Shown: positions 8,076 to 15,634 of the stretch, one piece after another
Layout: each line of letters begins with the position of its first letter
How positions within the stretch are numbered: the stretch's first letter is position 1
Assembly: GCF_963668665.2 (NCBI RefSeq)
Contig: NZ_CAXXLU010000002.1
Span: 2,320,609-2,344,608 of the forward strand
Origin: an uncultured Anaeromusa sp.
GTDB taxonomy: Bacteria; Bacillota; Negativicutes; Anaeromusales; Anaeromusaceae
Reading direction: 5' to 3'
Length of the DNA stretch: 24,000 nt
Notes under the pieces: model-generated
What the model saw: only the letters and a program-made list of their open reading frames with translations
Database searches by the model: none
What the model was told of the DNA's origin: nothing
Position numbers and translations under genes: made by a program

Positions 8076-9458
8076 GTGAAACAGCTTACATTAGAAGAGG
8101 TGCTGGCGGCTAAAGAGGCTAGGCAAGAGCGCCAGCAGGCGTTGCGTTTGCGCACTGCCTTGCCGTTGGTCAGCATTACCTTGAATATTCCGGGGCCAAT
8201 CAAGGATAGTGAAGTTCTCCGCTCCTTGTGTCGGGCGGCGGCGGATGCTTTAGGCGCGCTTTTTACGGTGGCTGCGGAAGAACGTACCTATGCGACTACA
8301 GGTCCGGAAATTTTGCTGGCCCTTGACGCGGCGGCGGCGGAAATTAAGGCGGCGGCGGTAGAATTGGAAGAAAGCCGCAGTTACGGGCGCTTATGGGATA
8401 TTGACGTATTTACTGCGGATGGAGAGCTTTTGTCGCGGCAGCAACAGGGACGTCACCGCTCGTGCTTGCTCTGCGCGGCTGACGCGCGGCTGTGTATGAG
8501 GGAGAGACGACACTCGGCAGCGGAGCTGGCGAGTGCGGTGCAGCAAAAATTGCTTTCCTTTCAGGCGGAACAAACCAGGCGCGTACGTCCGGCGGCGGAA
8601 AAGTTGGCTGTTTTGGCGGTAGAGGCGATGCTGTATGAAGTGGCTGCCACACCGGCCCCGGGATTGGTGGACCGCGCTAACAGCGGGGCTCATCAAGATA
8701 TGGATATTTTCACGTTTTTGTCTAGCTCTGCGGCGTTGTCTCATACCCTGGGCCGCTGTGCGGAAGCGGCTTTTCGCCACAAAGGGACGCTGGAAGAGCT
8801 GTTGCCCTTGCTGCGCGTGCTCGGCCTGGAAGGGGAAAGGTCTATGCTGGCGGCTACACGAGGCGTCAATACGCAAAAAGGCTTGCTCTTTTCCTTGGGG
8901 CTGGCCGTGGCGGCGGCAGCCTGGGTGCTGCATAAAGGGGAGCCGCTGCATGCGGAGGCGGTTTTAACTGCGGCGGCAGAAATGGTGCAAGGTATTGTGG
9001 AAGCGGAGTTGAAGTCTCTGGCTCGTAAAAAGCCGGAAGAACTGACAGCTGGCGAACGCTTGTATCTGGAATATGGCGTGCAGGGTATTCGCGGCGAAGT
9101 GGCGGCGGCGCTGCCGGCTGTGCGCTTATGCGGTCTGCCGAAACTGCGAGAAGCGTTGGCGGCTGGACTGAGCGTCAACGACGCTTTAGTGCAGACGTTG
9201 CTGGAACTATTTATGACTGTTGATGATACTACAGTCATGAATCGCCATGATGTAGAAACGATGCGCGGCTGGGTACGCCAGCAGACGACGGCGGTTTTAG
9301 CTTCCGGAGGCATGCTGGCTGCCGACGGGCAGCAGCGCTTAGCTAAGATGGATGCGCTGTTTATTGCGCGGAATATCAGCCCTGGCGGGGCGGCGGACAT
9401 GCTGGCGGTAACTTGGTTTTTGCATCGTCTGGAAGACTGGCGGTACGAGCAGGAATGA
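8076..9458 (+). CDS. citXG: Bifunctional CitX-CitG fusion: apo-ACP 2'-(5''-phosphoribosyl)-3'-dephospho-CoA transferase (N-terminal) plus triphosphoribosyl-dephospho-CoA synthase (C-terminal)
   Basis: 460 aa, GTG start 8076 with SD aaagggg at 8062-8068. The N-terminal ~170 aa (LTLEEVLAAKEARQERQ..., WDIDVF, CLLC) is CitX-like. The remainder (PAPGLVDRANSGAHQDMDIFTF..., ISPGGAADMLA) is CitG-like. It sits next to citDEFC. Confidence 0.88.
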   Translation: MKQLTLEEVLAAKEARQERQQALRLRTALPLVSITLNIPGPIKDSEVLRSLCRAAADALGALFTVAAEERTYATTGPEILLALDAAAAEIKAAAVELEESRSYGRLWDIDVFTADGELLSRQQQGRHRSCLLCAADARLCMRERRHSAAELASAVQQKLLSFQAEQTRRVRPAAEKLAVLAVEAMLYEVAATPAPGLVDRANSGAHQDMDIFTFLSSSAALSHTLGRCAEAAFRHKGTLEELLPLLRVLGLEGERSMLAATRGVNTQKGLLFSLGLAVAAAAWVLHKGEPLHAEAVLTAAAEMVQGIVEAELKSLARKKPEELTAGERLYLEYGVQGIRGEVAAALPAVRLCGLPKLREALAAGLSVNDALVQTLLELFMTVDDTTVMNRHDVETMRGWVRQQTTAVLASGGMLAADGQQRLAKMDALFIARNISPGGAADMLAVTWFLHRLEDWRYEQE

Positions 9459-9515
9459 CATAGATGCAGGGCGAATTCTCCTCTTAAAGAAGCGAAGGCA
9501 AAAGGGGGCGAAGCT

Positions 9516-11174
9516 ATGAGTGTGCAAAAAGCGGCGCTGCGTGAACGGACACGAGAGATTGCCCGCGTTTTCATTCGTCATGGCTTTGGCTTTCTTTTGC
9601 GTGATCTGGATTGGCGGCAGGTGGGCAAAGGCGACGAAGGCTTGCTGGTAGCTAAAGATTTTTATACGGATGCACAGCAGGAGAAAATCCGGACTATGTC
9701 GCAGCGACTGCCGTTGATGTTGGAGGAATTGGGGCCTACTTTCATTAAGTTTGGTCAGTTTCTCAGCAGCCGGCCGGATTTGCTGCCGGATTTCTTACTG
9801 GAAGCCTTGGAACGCTTGCATGAGCAGGTGGCCCCTATTCCCTTTGCCGAGGTGGAAGCGGCTCTAGATGGTAATCTTCCTTCGTGGCGGCAGGATTTTT
9901 TGCAGGTGGAGCCAGAGCCGCTTGGCATGGGGTCTATTGCGCAGATTCATCGCGCCCGGCTGCAGGATGGCCGTGTTGTGGTGGTCAAAGTACGCAAACC
10001 CGGCGTGGTAGATACTATAGAAGTGGATTTAGCGATTTTGAAGCGTACCGCGGCCTTCATCGGCGAGCAGCCTGAGGTGAAGCGTATTATCGCATTAGAA
10101 CAACTGGTGTCTGTTTTTGCTCATGGCCTGCAGAAGGAAACGGATTTTGCCGTAGAAGCGGTGAATATGACGCTCTTTGCCAGGAAGCTGCCTAAAGACG
10201 GGCGCATCCGCATTCCAGCCTGTTTGCCGGAATGGAGCAATCAGGCTGTGCTGACCATGGAATACATTGAAGCGTTGTCCTTAGAACAGGCTCTCAAGCA
10301 GCCGGTGGCGCTGCGGAAAAAATGGGCGCGAAGCCTGCTAGACAGCTTTTTAGGACAAGTGTTTGTATATGGCTTTTTTCATGCGGACCCGCATCCGGGA
10401 AATCTGCGTTTTGACTTGCTGGGCGATGTCATTTATTTTGATTTCGGCCTGGTTGGGCGCATGGAAAGCCGGATGCAGCGGCTGCTTTTTGAAAACTTCC
10501 TGGCTATCCGTAATTTGGATGTAGAAGGCTTGATGAATGTTTCCATTGCCATGGGAAAACCCATGGGAGACATTTCTTGGCAGAACTATTATGAGGATAC
10601 GGCGGAACTGCTTTTTATGGCCTTGGATGCCGGTCATAGCAGCGGCGGTCTGGGCGGGATTATGACGAGTATGTTTAAGGTGGCCCAGCGGTATGGGGTG
10701 CGCATGCCGGAGCGGATGCTCTTTTTTGCCAAAGCGCTGGCAATGACGGAAGGGGTGGCGCGGCGGCTGGATCCGGACATCAATCTGGAACGGGCGGTTG
10801 AAGAGGTGCTGGAAGCCTATGTGCGTCAACAATTGGAAGTGGATTTTAGCGTACAGGCCTTGGAACTGAAGAAAAAGTGGCAGATTTTCAGTCATGAGCT
10901 GCCATACTATGTATCGGCTCTGACCCGGGGAGAAAAACGCATTCCCATTGAAATCGGGGGCATGGAGCATATCGGCGACAGCCTGCAAAGAGCGGTGCAT
11001 ACAGTGGCGTACAGCTTGGTAATTGCAAGCTTGGTGGTGACCGCCGGCATCATGATGAGCGCCCAAGGGGCCTTTGAAGACCTGATCCGTACGACCGGCT
11101 ACTTGCTCCTTTTAGGCGCCATTAGCGCTTCGGTATATCTGTATTTGCGCATCTTTCGCCAAGTGAGGCGTTAA
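9516..11174 (+). CDS. ABC1/UbiB/AarF-family atypical protein kinase with C-terminal transmembrane helices
   Basis: 552 aa, SD aaaggggg at 9501-9508. LGPTFIKFGQFLSSRPDLLP, GMGSIAQIHRA, VVVKVRKPG, FHADPHPGNL and DFGLVG are hallmark ABC1/UbiB motifs. The C-terminus is hydrophobic (VAYSLVIASLVVTAGIMM, LLLLGAISASVYLYL). Confidence 0.9.
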   Translation: MSVQKAALRERTREIARVFIRHGFGFLLRDLDWRQVGKGDEGLLVAKDFYTDAQQEKIRTMSQRLPLMLEELGPTFIKFGQFLSSRPDLLPDFLLEALERLHEQVAPIPFAEVEAALDGNLPSWRQDFLQVEPEPLGMGSIAQIHRARLQDGRVVVVKVRKPGVVDTIEVDLAILKRTAAFIGEQPEVKRIIALEQLVSVFAHGLQKETDFAVEAVNMTLFARKLPKDGRIRIPACLPEWSNQAVLTMEYIEALSLEQALKQPVALRKKWARSLLDSFLGQVFVYGFFHADPHPGNLRFDLLGDVIYFDFGLVGRMESRMQRLLFENFLAIRNLDVEGLMNVSIAMGKPMGDISWQNYYEDTAELLFMALDAGHSSGGLGGIMTSMFKVAQRYGVRMPERMLFFAKALAMTEGVARRLDPDINLERAVEEVLEAYVRQQLEVDFSVQALELKKKWQIFSHELPYYVSALTRGEKRIPIEIGGMEHIGDSLQRAVHTVAYSLVIASLVVTAGIMMSAQGAFEDLIRTTGYLLLLGAISASVYLYLRIFRQVRR

Positions 11175-11176
11175 GA

Positions 11177-11220
11177 AAAGCTCTTCTTGCAGGGTGTTGG
11201 CTCGCAAGAGGAGCTTTTTG
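11177..11220 (+). terminator. Rho-independent terminator after the ABC1-kinase gene
   Basis: A 14-bp stem joins aaagctcttcttgc (11177-11190) with gcaagaggagcttt (11204-11217), with one G-U pair. It runs into ttttt (11215-11219). Confidence 0.7.
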
Positions 11221-11266
11221 GTCAAAAAAGGTAATGCAGCTCCAGTAACTTAATGGTTTTCAAGAT

Positions 11267-11297
11267 AAAAAAGCCGGACTCCCGGAGGAGCCCAGCT
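11267..11297 (-). terminator. Rho-independent terminator of the histidine kinase gene (minus strand)
   Basis: The minus-strand RNA AGCUGGGCUCC-UCCG-GGAGUCCGGCU forms an 11-bp stem (2 G-U pairs). It is followed directly by UUUUUUAU (plus-strand A-run 11267-11272), 16 nt after the stop codon. Confidence 0.75.
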
Positions 11298-11312
11298 GAC
11301 AGAGGGGCTTGG

Positions 11313-13154
11313 TTATTCGATGTTATAAATTTTGCCGCCGTTTTGTGCGTTGCGTTTAGGAGCGAAATCAGGCTGGCGCAACAGCGGGAAATGCAGCAGC
11401 ATGGAGGTTCCTGCGTCTGGCTGGCTTTGAACTTCAATGCGTCCATGATGCATGTCCACAATGAATTTTACAATGGATAAGCCCAAGCCTGAGCCGCCGG
11501 CCTCGCGGGTCCGCGCTTTTTCAACTCGGAAAAAGCGGTCGAAAATATACGGAAGCTCTGAGGCGGGAATGCCGATGCCGCTGTCTTTAATCAAAATGTG
11601 AATCTCATTGGCTTCTTTCCAGGCTTTAAGCAGGATTTTGCCGCCTTTTGGAGTATACTTAATCGCATTATGGACTAAGTTAACCAAGGCTTGCTTGAAC
11701 CAGTCGGCTTGAGCTTGTATCCAAAGCGGCTCGCTAGGTCCTTCCCAAAGCAGCAGCTGCTCCTTGTGTTGGGCGAGGCCGCCCATTTCATTGACGACGC
11801 TTTCAAAAAGCGGCGCAAGAGAGGTGGGCTGCAGCGTGACTTTTTGCAGATATTCTTTGGAACTGAGTTTGGCCAGCTGCAGCAAATCCGTTACCAGGCG
11901 ATGCATGCGGGCTGACTCAGTATGGATGATGGAAATGAACTTTTGACTTAATTCGGGGTTTTCCAGCGCTCCGTCCAGTAAGGTTTCCGCAAAGCCTTTA
12001 ATGGCGGTCAGCGGTGTGGCCAGCTCATGGGAGGCGTTAGCCACGAAATCAGTCTGCCGCTCATATAGTTCCTGCAAAGCGGTAATATCGTGGAAGACGG
12101 CGAGCACGCCTTCTTTGCTGCCGCTGCTTTCCGGAAGGGGGGCGAGGAAAACCTGGAAAACATGGCGCCGGCCATGCAGGTTGAGCTGCAGTTCAATGCT
12201 TTGCGTTTCTTGCAGGTGCAAGACGCTTTGGATGCCTTGCTCCAGGGAACCGTTGCCGATAACTTGCAAGTTATGTTGTCCCAGAAGATGGGGTTGCAGG
12301 TTGAAGAGCTCGCGGCCTTGACGATTGATGGAGGTAATGCGTCCGTAACGATCAAGAAGCAGTACAGCGTTCTCCATGTGCTCTAGAATTAGCTCTAATT
12401 TGTGCTTTTCCGCGGCCATTTCTTTCACTTTGTCATCTAAATGAGAAGTTAGTTGATTGAGCGTATGGGCGAGCACTTCCACCTCGTCGCCAGTGCGGAT
12501 ATGGGCTCTCTTTTCCCAATTTCCTCCGGCGATTTCTCGGGCGACAGCGGTAATTTCCTCAATGGGAGCTGTGAATTGCTTGGCTAGACGCATGCCGACC
12601 AAAACGGCCAATATGGAAGTAAGCAGCAGCGCCCAGAGCATGACGGTTTGCAGCTGTTGGAACGTGGCTTCAATGCTGGCGAGGGTTCCGGCGATGCGTA
12701 CAACGCCGATGGTGCGGCCGTCTTGCAAAACAGGTACTGCCACATAGAGAAGATTTTCGCGCAGCGTGTCGCTGTAACGGGAAGTTTGTGACGGATGTCC
12801 TTCTAGGGCGCCGCTGACTTCCGGACGATTGCCGTGGTTATCCAGTGTTTCCGGGCGTTCCCAAGAATCGGCTACCACTGTGCCGTTAGCCAGTACTACG
12901 GTAATGCGCAAGCCGGTTTCCGCCGCAAGTCGCTGCGCTTCGTCCTGCAGCTTGGGGTATTGTGCAGGAAACGGCAAATCTTTTTCAATGTATTGGCGGG
13001 TAGTGAGGGCTTGCAAGGTCAATGAATTTGTCAATAGCTGTACGGTGTGGTCGTGGGTGCGCCATAACAAGTAGCCTCCTAAGGAGCCGACTGTGACAAG
13101 AATCAGCAGCAACAAGGCCAAGCTAAGACGAGTGTTAATTCCTTTTATACTCAT
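11313..13154 (-). CDS. PhoR-like membrane sensor histidine kinase (TM, extracytoplasmic domain, TM, HAMP, PAS, HisKA, HATPase_c)
   Basis: 613 aa. There are two hydrophobic segments (LSLALLLLILVTVGSLGGYLLW; LWALLLTSILAVLVGM). The H-box FVANASHELATPLTAIKGFAETLLDGA closely resembles B. subtilis PhoR ([25 protein letters not shown]). N, G1 and G2 boxes are NLVHNAIKYTP, DSGIGIP and GGSGLGLSIV. It lies 1.4 kb from pstS. No response regulator gene is adjacent. Confidence 0.88.
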   Translation of the reverse strand: MSIKGINTRLSLALLLLILVTVGSLGGYLLWRTHDHTVQLLTNSLTLQALTTRQYIEKDLPFPAQYPKLQDEAQRLAAETGLRITVVLANGTVVADSWERPETLDNHGNRPEVSGALEGHPSQTSRYSDTLRENLLYVAVPVLQDGRTIGVVRIAGTLASIEATFQQLQTVMLWALLLTSILAVLVGMRLAKQFTAPIEEITAVAREIAGGNWEKRAHIRTGDEVEVLAHTLNQLTSHLDDKVKEMAAEKHKLELILEHMENAVLLLDRYGRITSINRQGRELFNLQPHLLGQHNLQVIGNGSLEQGIQSVLHLQETQSIELQLNLHGRRHVFQVFLAPLPESSGSKEGVLAVFHDITALQELYERQTDFVANASHELATPLTAIKGFAETLLDGALENPELSQKFISIIHTESARMHRLVTDLLQLAKLSSKEYLQKVTLQPTSLAPLFESVVNEMGGLAQHKEQLLLWEGPSEPLWIQAQADWFKQALVNLVHNAIKYTPKGGKILLKAWKEANEIHILIKDSGIGIPASELPYIFDRFFRVEKARTREAGGSGLGLSIVKFIVDMHHGRIEVQSQPDAGTSMLLHFPLLRQPDFAPKRNAQNGGKIYNIE

Positions 13155-13267
13155 AATCTGGCGTTAACCTCCCTGATGGAGTAAAATATAAGAGATTTGG
13201 CAATGAACCATCATTACATAGATGATAAGCTTCTATAGCGGACTGCGCAAGAGCGCAGGAGCGAAGA

Positions 13268-13322
13268 TTTACAAAGAATTAATAGTAAGCAGGTTTTTTC
13301 CTGTTGTGAAGCAAGGTATAGT
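13268..13322 (+). promoter_or_regulatory. Candidate degenerate Pho box plus -10 upstream of the glycosyltransferase gene
   Basis: TTTACA (13268-13273) and TTAATA (13279-13284) lie 11 bp apart. The third register (13290) does not match. TATAGT at 13317-13322 falls within 1 nt of the spacing seen at the two pst Pho-box promoters. Confidence 0.3.
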
Positions 13323-13377
13323 CAAAGCAGGCGCTTTTTTTCAAGAGAGAGCGGCCCTAGCGGACGGAGTGTGAAAA

Positions 13378-14514
13378 ATGGCAGCAGCGAAGAAACGGGT
13401 TTTAATTGTATCAGCATCCATTGGCTCTGGCCATCATCAAGCGGCCAGGGCTATTGCAGCGGAGCTGGCGCGACGCCAGGATAATCTGCAGATAACCATT
13501 GCCGATTTCATGGAAGATACGGATTCCTATTTAGCGGCTTTTATGAAGGAAGCCTATTTGAAGATGCTCGAACTGTCTCCCAATATGTATGATTTGGTGT
13601 ATCGGGTGTCGCAGGCGCCTCTTCCCGGGTTTAAGGCGCAGGGCCTGTTGGCGCGGGTATTACAGGGAGGGATGGCGCAGCTGGTGCGCCGTCATAGGCC
13701 GGATTTGATTATTGCTACGCATCCTTTTCCTTGCGGTGCAGCGGCGTACTTGCGAGACAGCCGACGCCTGCGAGCGCCCTTGGTAGGGGTTATTACCGAT
13801 TTTGCCGTACATCGCCTCTGGGTGTATGAGCATGTAGACGCGTATTTTGTGGCTGCGCCGGAAATCAAGAGGGAATTGTCTGCGTTGGGAGTGCCGGCCA
13901 GACGCATTTACGCCAGCGGTATTCCGGTCCATCCGCAGTTTACGGCCAATGCGGGCGGCAGAGGGATTCTAGGGGAGTTGTCTTTGGCGGCGGATCAGCC
14001 GCTGGTGCTCTTGATGGGCGGCGGCTTGGGCATGGGAGGTATTCGCCAGGCTCTGGCCAGTATGGATGAACTGAAACTGCCGCTGCAGTTTGTTGTTTTA
14101 GCTGGAAAAAACAAAGAATTGCAGGAGAAATTGCAGGAAGAAACGAAAAGTTTGCGCCATGCCGTGCGTGTTTTGGGCTATACAGACCGCATTCCAGAGT
14201 TGATGCGGGCGGCCGCCATGCTAGTGACTAAGCCGGGAGCTTTGACTGTGTGCGAAGCCTTGGTGAGTGAAACGCCGCTTCTGTTGTATGAGCCTATTCC
14301 TGGACAGGAATGGGAAAATGCCGTATTTTTGACGCAACGAGGCGTTGCTTTGTGGGCGAAAAACCGTCAGGAATTAAAGGACGGAGTTACGACGTTATTG
14401 ACCAGGCCGGAACAGGTGGAGAAGCTGCGCAAGGAAGCAGAAGCGCTGCGACGTCCGGCTGCGGCTGCGGCAGTGGCGACGGCGGCGCTAGCGTTGCTGC
14501 GGCGTAAACGCTGA
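13378..14514 (+). CDS. UgtP/MGDG-synthase-family (GT28) diacylglycerol glycosyltransferase
   Basis: 378 aa. KRVLIVSASIGSGHHQAARAI, RHRPDLIIATHPF and VITDFAVHRLWVYEHVDAYFVAAPEIKRELSALGVPARRIYASGIPVHPQF parallel B. subtilis UgtP ([62 protein letters not shown]...ITGIPIRPQF). Confidence 0.88.
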   Translation: MAAAKKRVLIVSASIGSGHHQAARAIAAELARRQDNLQITIADFMEDTDSYLAAFMKEAYLKMLELSPNMYDLVYRVSQAPLPGFKAQGLLARVLQGGMAQLVRRHRPDLIIATHPFPCGAAAYLRDSRRLRAPLVGVITDFAVHRLWVYEHVDAYFVAAPEIKRELSALGVPARRIYASGIPVHPQFTANAGGRGILGELSLAADQPLVLLMGGGLGMGGIRQALASMDELKLPLQFVVLAGKNKELQEKLQEETKSLRHAVRVLGYTDRIPELMRAAAMLVTKPGALTVCEALVSETPLLLYEPIPGQEWENAVFLTQRGVALWAKNRQELKDGVTTLLTRPEQVEKLRKEAEALRRPAAAAAVATAALALLRRKR

Positions 14515-14536
14515 TATTTTAGAACGAAGTGGTTCC

Positions 14537-14590
14537 TTAACACAGACTTAACATATACGTAACACAAAAGAGATCCCTCAGCGCTAGAAT
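14537..14590 (+). promoter_or_regulatory. Pho box (three TTAACA-type direct repeats, 11-bp period) plus -10 element: PhoP-type phosphate-starvation promoter of pstS
   Basis: TTAACA is at 14537-14542, TTAACA at 14548-14553 and GTAACA at 14559-14564. TAGAAT lies at 14585-14590. The repeats fit the B. subtilis PhoP consensus TT(A/T/C)ACA with a 5-bp spacer and occupy the -35 region. Confidence 0.7.
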
Positions 14591-14625
14591 AAAACTGTCC
14601 TAAAAATTTAGCGGGAGGGTATGAA

Positions 14626-15483
14626 ATGAACGTATTTCGTAAGTCGAAAATGTGGGCGGCAGCTTTAGCGCTGATGTTGGGCGTTGGTTTGGTGGCTGGT
14701 TGCGGCGGTTCCAAGGATGCAGGCAAAACGGCAGAGGTACAGGGTACTGTAACGGCTGCTGGCTCGACGGCGCTGTTGCCGCTGTTGAAATCCGGTCAAG
14801 AAGAATTCCAGAAAAAATACGCCAAGGTTACGGTGAATATCGCCGGCGGCGGTTCCTTTACCGGTCAGAACCAAGTGGCTTCCGGAGCGGTCAATATCGG
14901 CAACTCGGACGTAGCCATTCAAGACAGCCTGAAAGACAAAGGCCTTGTGGAACATAAACTGGTAGGCATTCCTTTTATTTTCATCGTTAACAAAGATGTT
15001 GCGGTTGATAACTTGACCCAACAGCAGTATACAGATATCATGACTGGCAAAATCACGAACTGGAAAGAAGTTGGCGGTAAGGATCAGAAAATCACCCTGA
15101 TTCATCGCTCTAAATCTTCCGGTTCCCGGGCGACTATTGCCGAAGTGGTGCTGAAAAATGCAGCCTTTACGGATAATGCGGTTATTCAGGATTCCAACGG
15201 CGCTGTACGGGCGGCTATTGCCAGCACTCCCGGCGCTATCGGCTATGTGGATGCGGCCTATGTGGATGACAGCATCAAGGCTCTTGCGTATAACGGCGTG
15301 AAGTACTCCATTGACGGCGTTGTAAATGGTCAGTATCCGGTCTTTACCTTCGGTCGTATGTTCACCAAAGGCGAACCTACGGGGGCGATTAAAGCCTTTA
15401 TTGATTTCGTGACCAGCAAAGAGTTCCAAGAAAGCTATGCTGAAAAGAATGGGTTTGTGCCTGTTACCAAAATGAAGAAATAA
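14626..15483 (+). CDS. pstS: Phosphate ABC transporter substrate-binding lipoprotein PstS
   Basis: 285 aa, SD gggaggg at 14613-14619. It has a signal peptide with lipobox LVAGC. The PstS-family features are GSTALLPL, the periplasmic-binding-protein fold length, and the position before pstC-pstA. Confidence 0.9.
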   Translation: MNVFRKSKMWAAALALMLGVGLVAGCGGSKDAGKTAEVQGTVTAAGSTALLPLLKSGQEEFQKKYAKVTVNIAGGGSFTGQNQVASGAVNIGNSDVAIQDSLKDKGLVEHKLVGIPFIFIVNKDVAVDNLTQQQYTDIMTGKITNWKEVGGKDQKITLIHRSKSSGSRATIAEVVLKNAAFTDNAVIQDSNGAVRAAIASTPGAIGYVDAAYVDDSIKALAYNGVKYSIDGVVNGQYPVFTFGRMFTKGEPTGAIKAFIDFVTSKEFQESYAEKNGFVPVTKMKK

Positions 15484-15497
15484 GATAAGCTGAAAAA

Positions 15498-15527
15498 CTC
15501 CGCTCGATACGAGCGGGGTTTTTTTGT
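15498..15527 (+). terminator. Rho-independent terminator after pstS
   Basis: ctccgctcg (15498-15506) pairs with cgagcgggg (15510-18), giving a 9-bp stem (one G-U) and a 3-nt loop. It is followed by ttttttt (15519-15525). Confidence 0.8.
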
Positions 15528-15535
15528 TTGTTTTC

Positions 15536-15589
15536 TTAACAAGAACTTAACAATGGATTAACACAGCGAAGGCGCGTTTTTCTTATAAT
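15536..15589 (+). promoter_or_regulatory. Second Pho box (three perfect TTAACA repeats, 11-bp period) plus consensus -10: internal phosphate-starvation promoter for pstC-pstA
   Basis: TTAACA is at 15536-15541, 15547-15552 and 15558-15563, and TATAAT at 15584-15589. Repeat starts lie at -48, -37 and -26 relative to the -10 hexamer start, exactly as at the pstS site. Confidence 0.72.
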
Positions 15590-15634
15590 AAACGTAATAA
15601 GCCACTAGTAACGAAGATGACAGGAGCGAGAAAA

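Noticed and set aside
8327-8360. GCG/GCG/GCG triplet runs (gcggcggcggcgg...ggcggcggcgg) in citXG, considered as a tandem repeat
   Set aside because: They are in-frame alanine codons (DAAAAEIKAAAVE). This is low-complexity coding sequence, not a structured repeat or a contingency locus.
6479-9574. Minus-strand ORFs 6479-7114, 6562-6954, 7160-7966, 8391-8951 and 8741-9574 opposite citF, citC and citXG
   Set aside because: They overlap well-supported plus-strand genes. Their composition is skewed (Arg/Ser/Ala/Pro runs), and they lack start context and homology features.
10350-11066. 238-aa minus-strand ORF inside the ABC1-kinase gene
   Set aside because: It is antisense to a gene with clear family motifs, and its His/Gln/Phe-rich translation resembles no protein family.
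11222-11480. Small ORFs 11222-11461 (-) and 11253-11480 (+) at the convergent gene junction
   Set aside because: They span the two terminators and the 3' end of the histidine kinase gene, and have no ribosome-binding site or homology.
14652-15429. ORFs 14652-14957 (+) and 14665-15429 (-) overlapping pstS
   Set aside because: These are alternative or antisense frames of a clearly recognisable PstS lipoprotein gene, with no independent signals.
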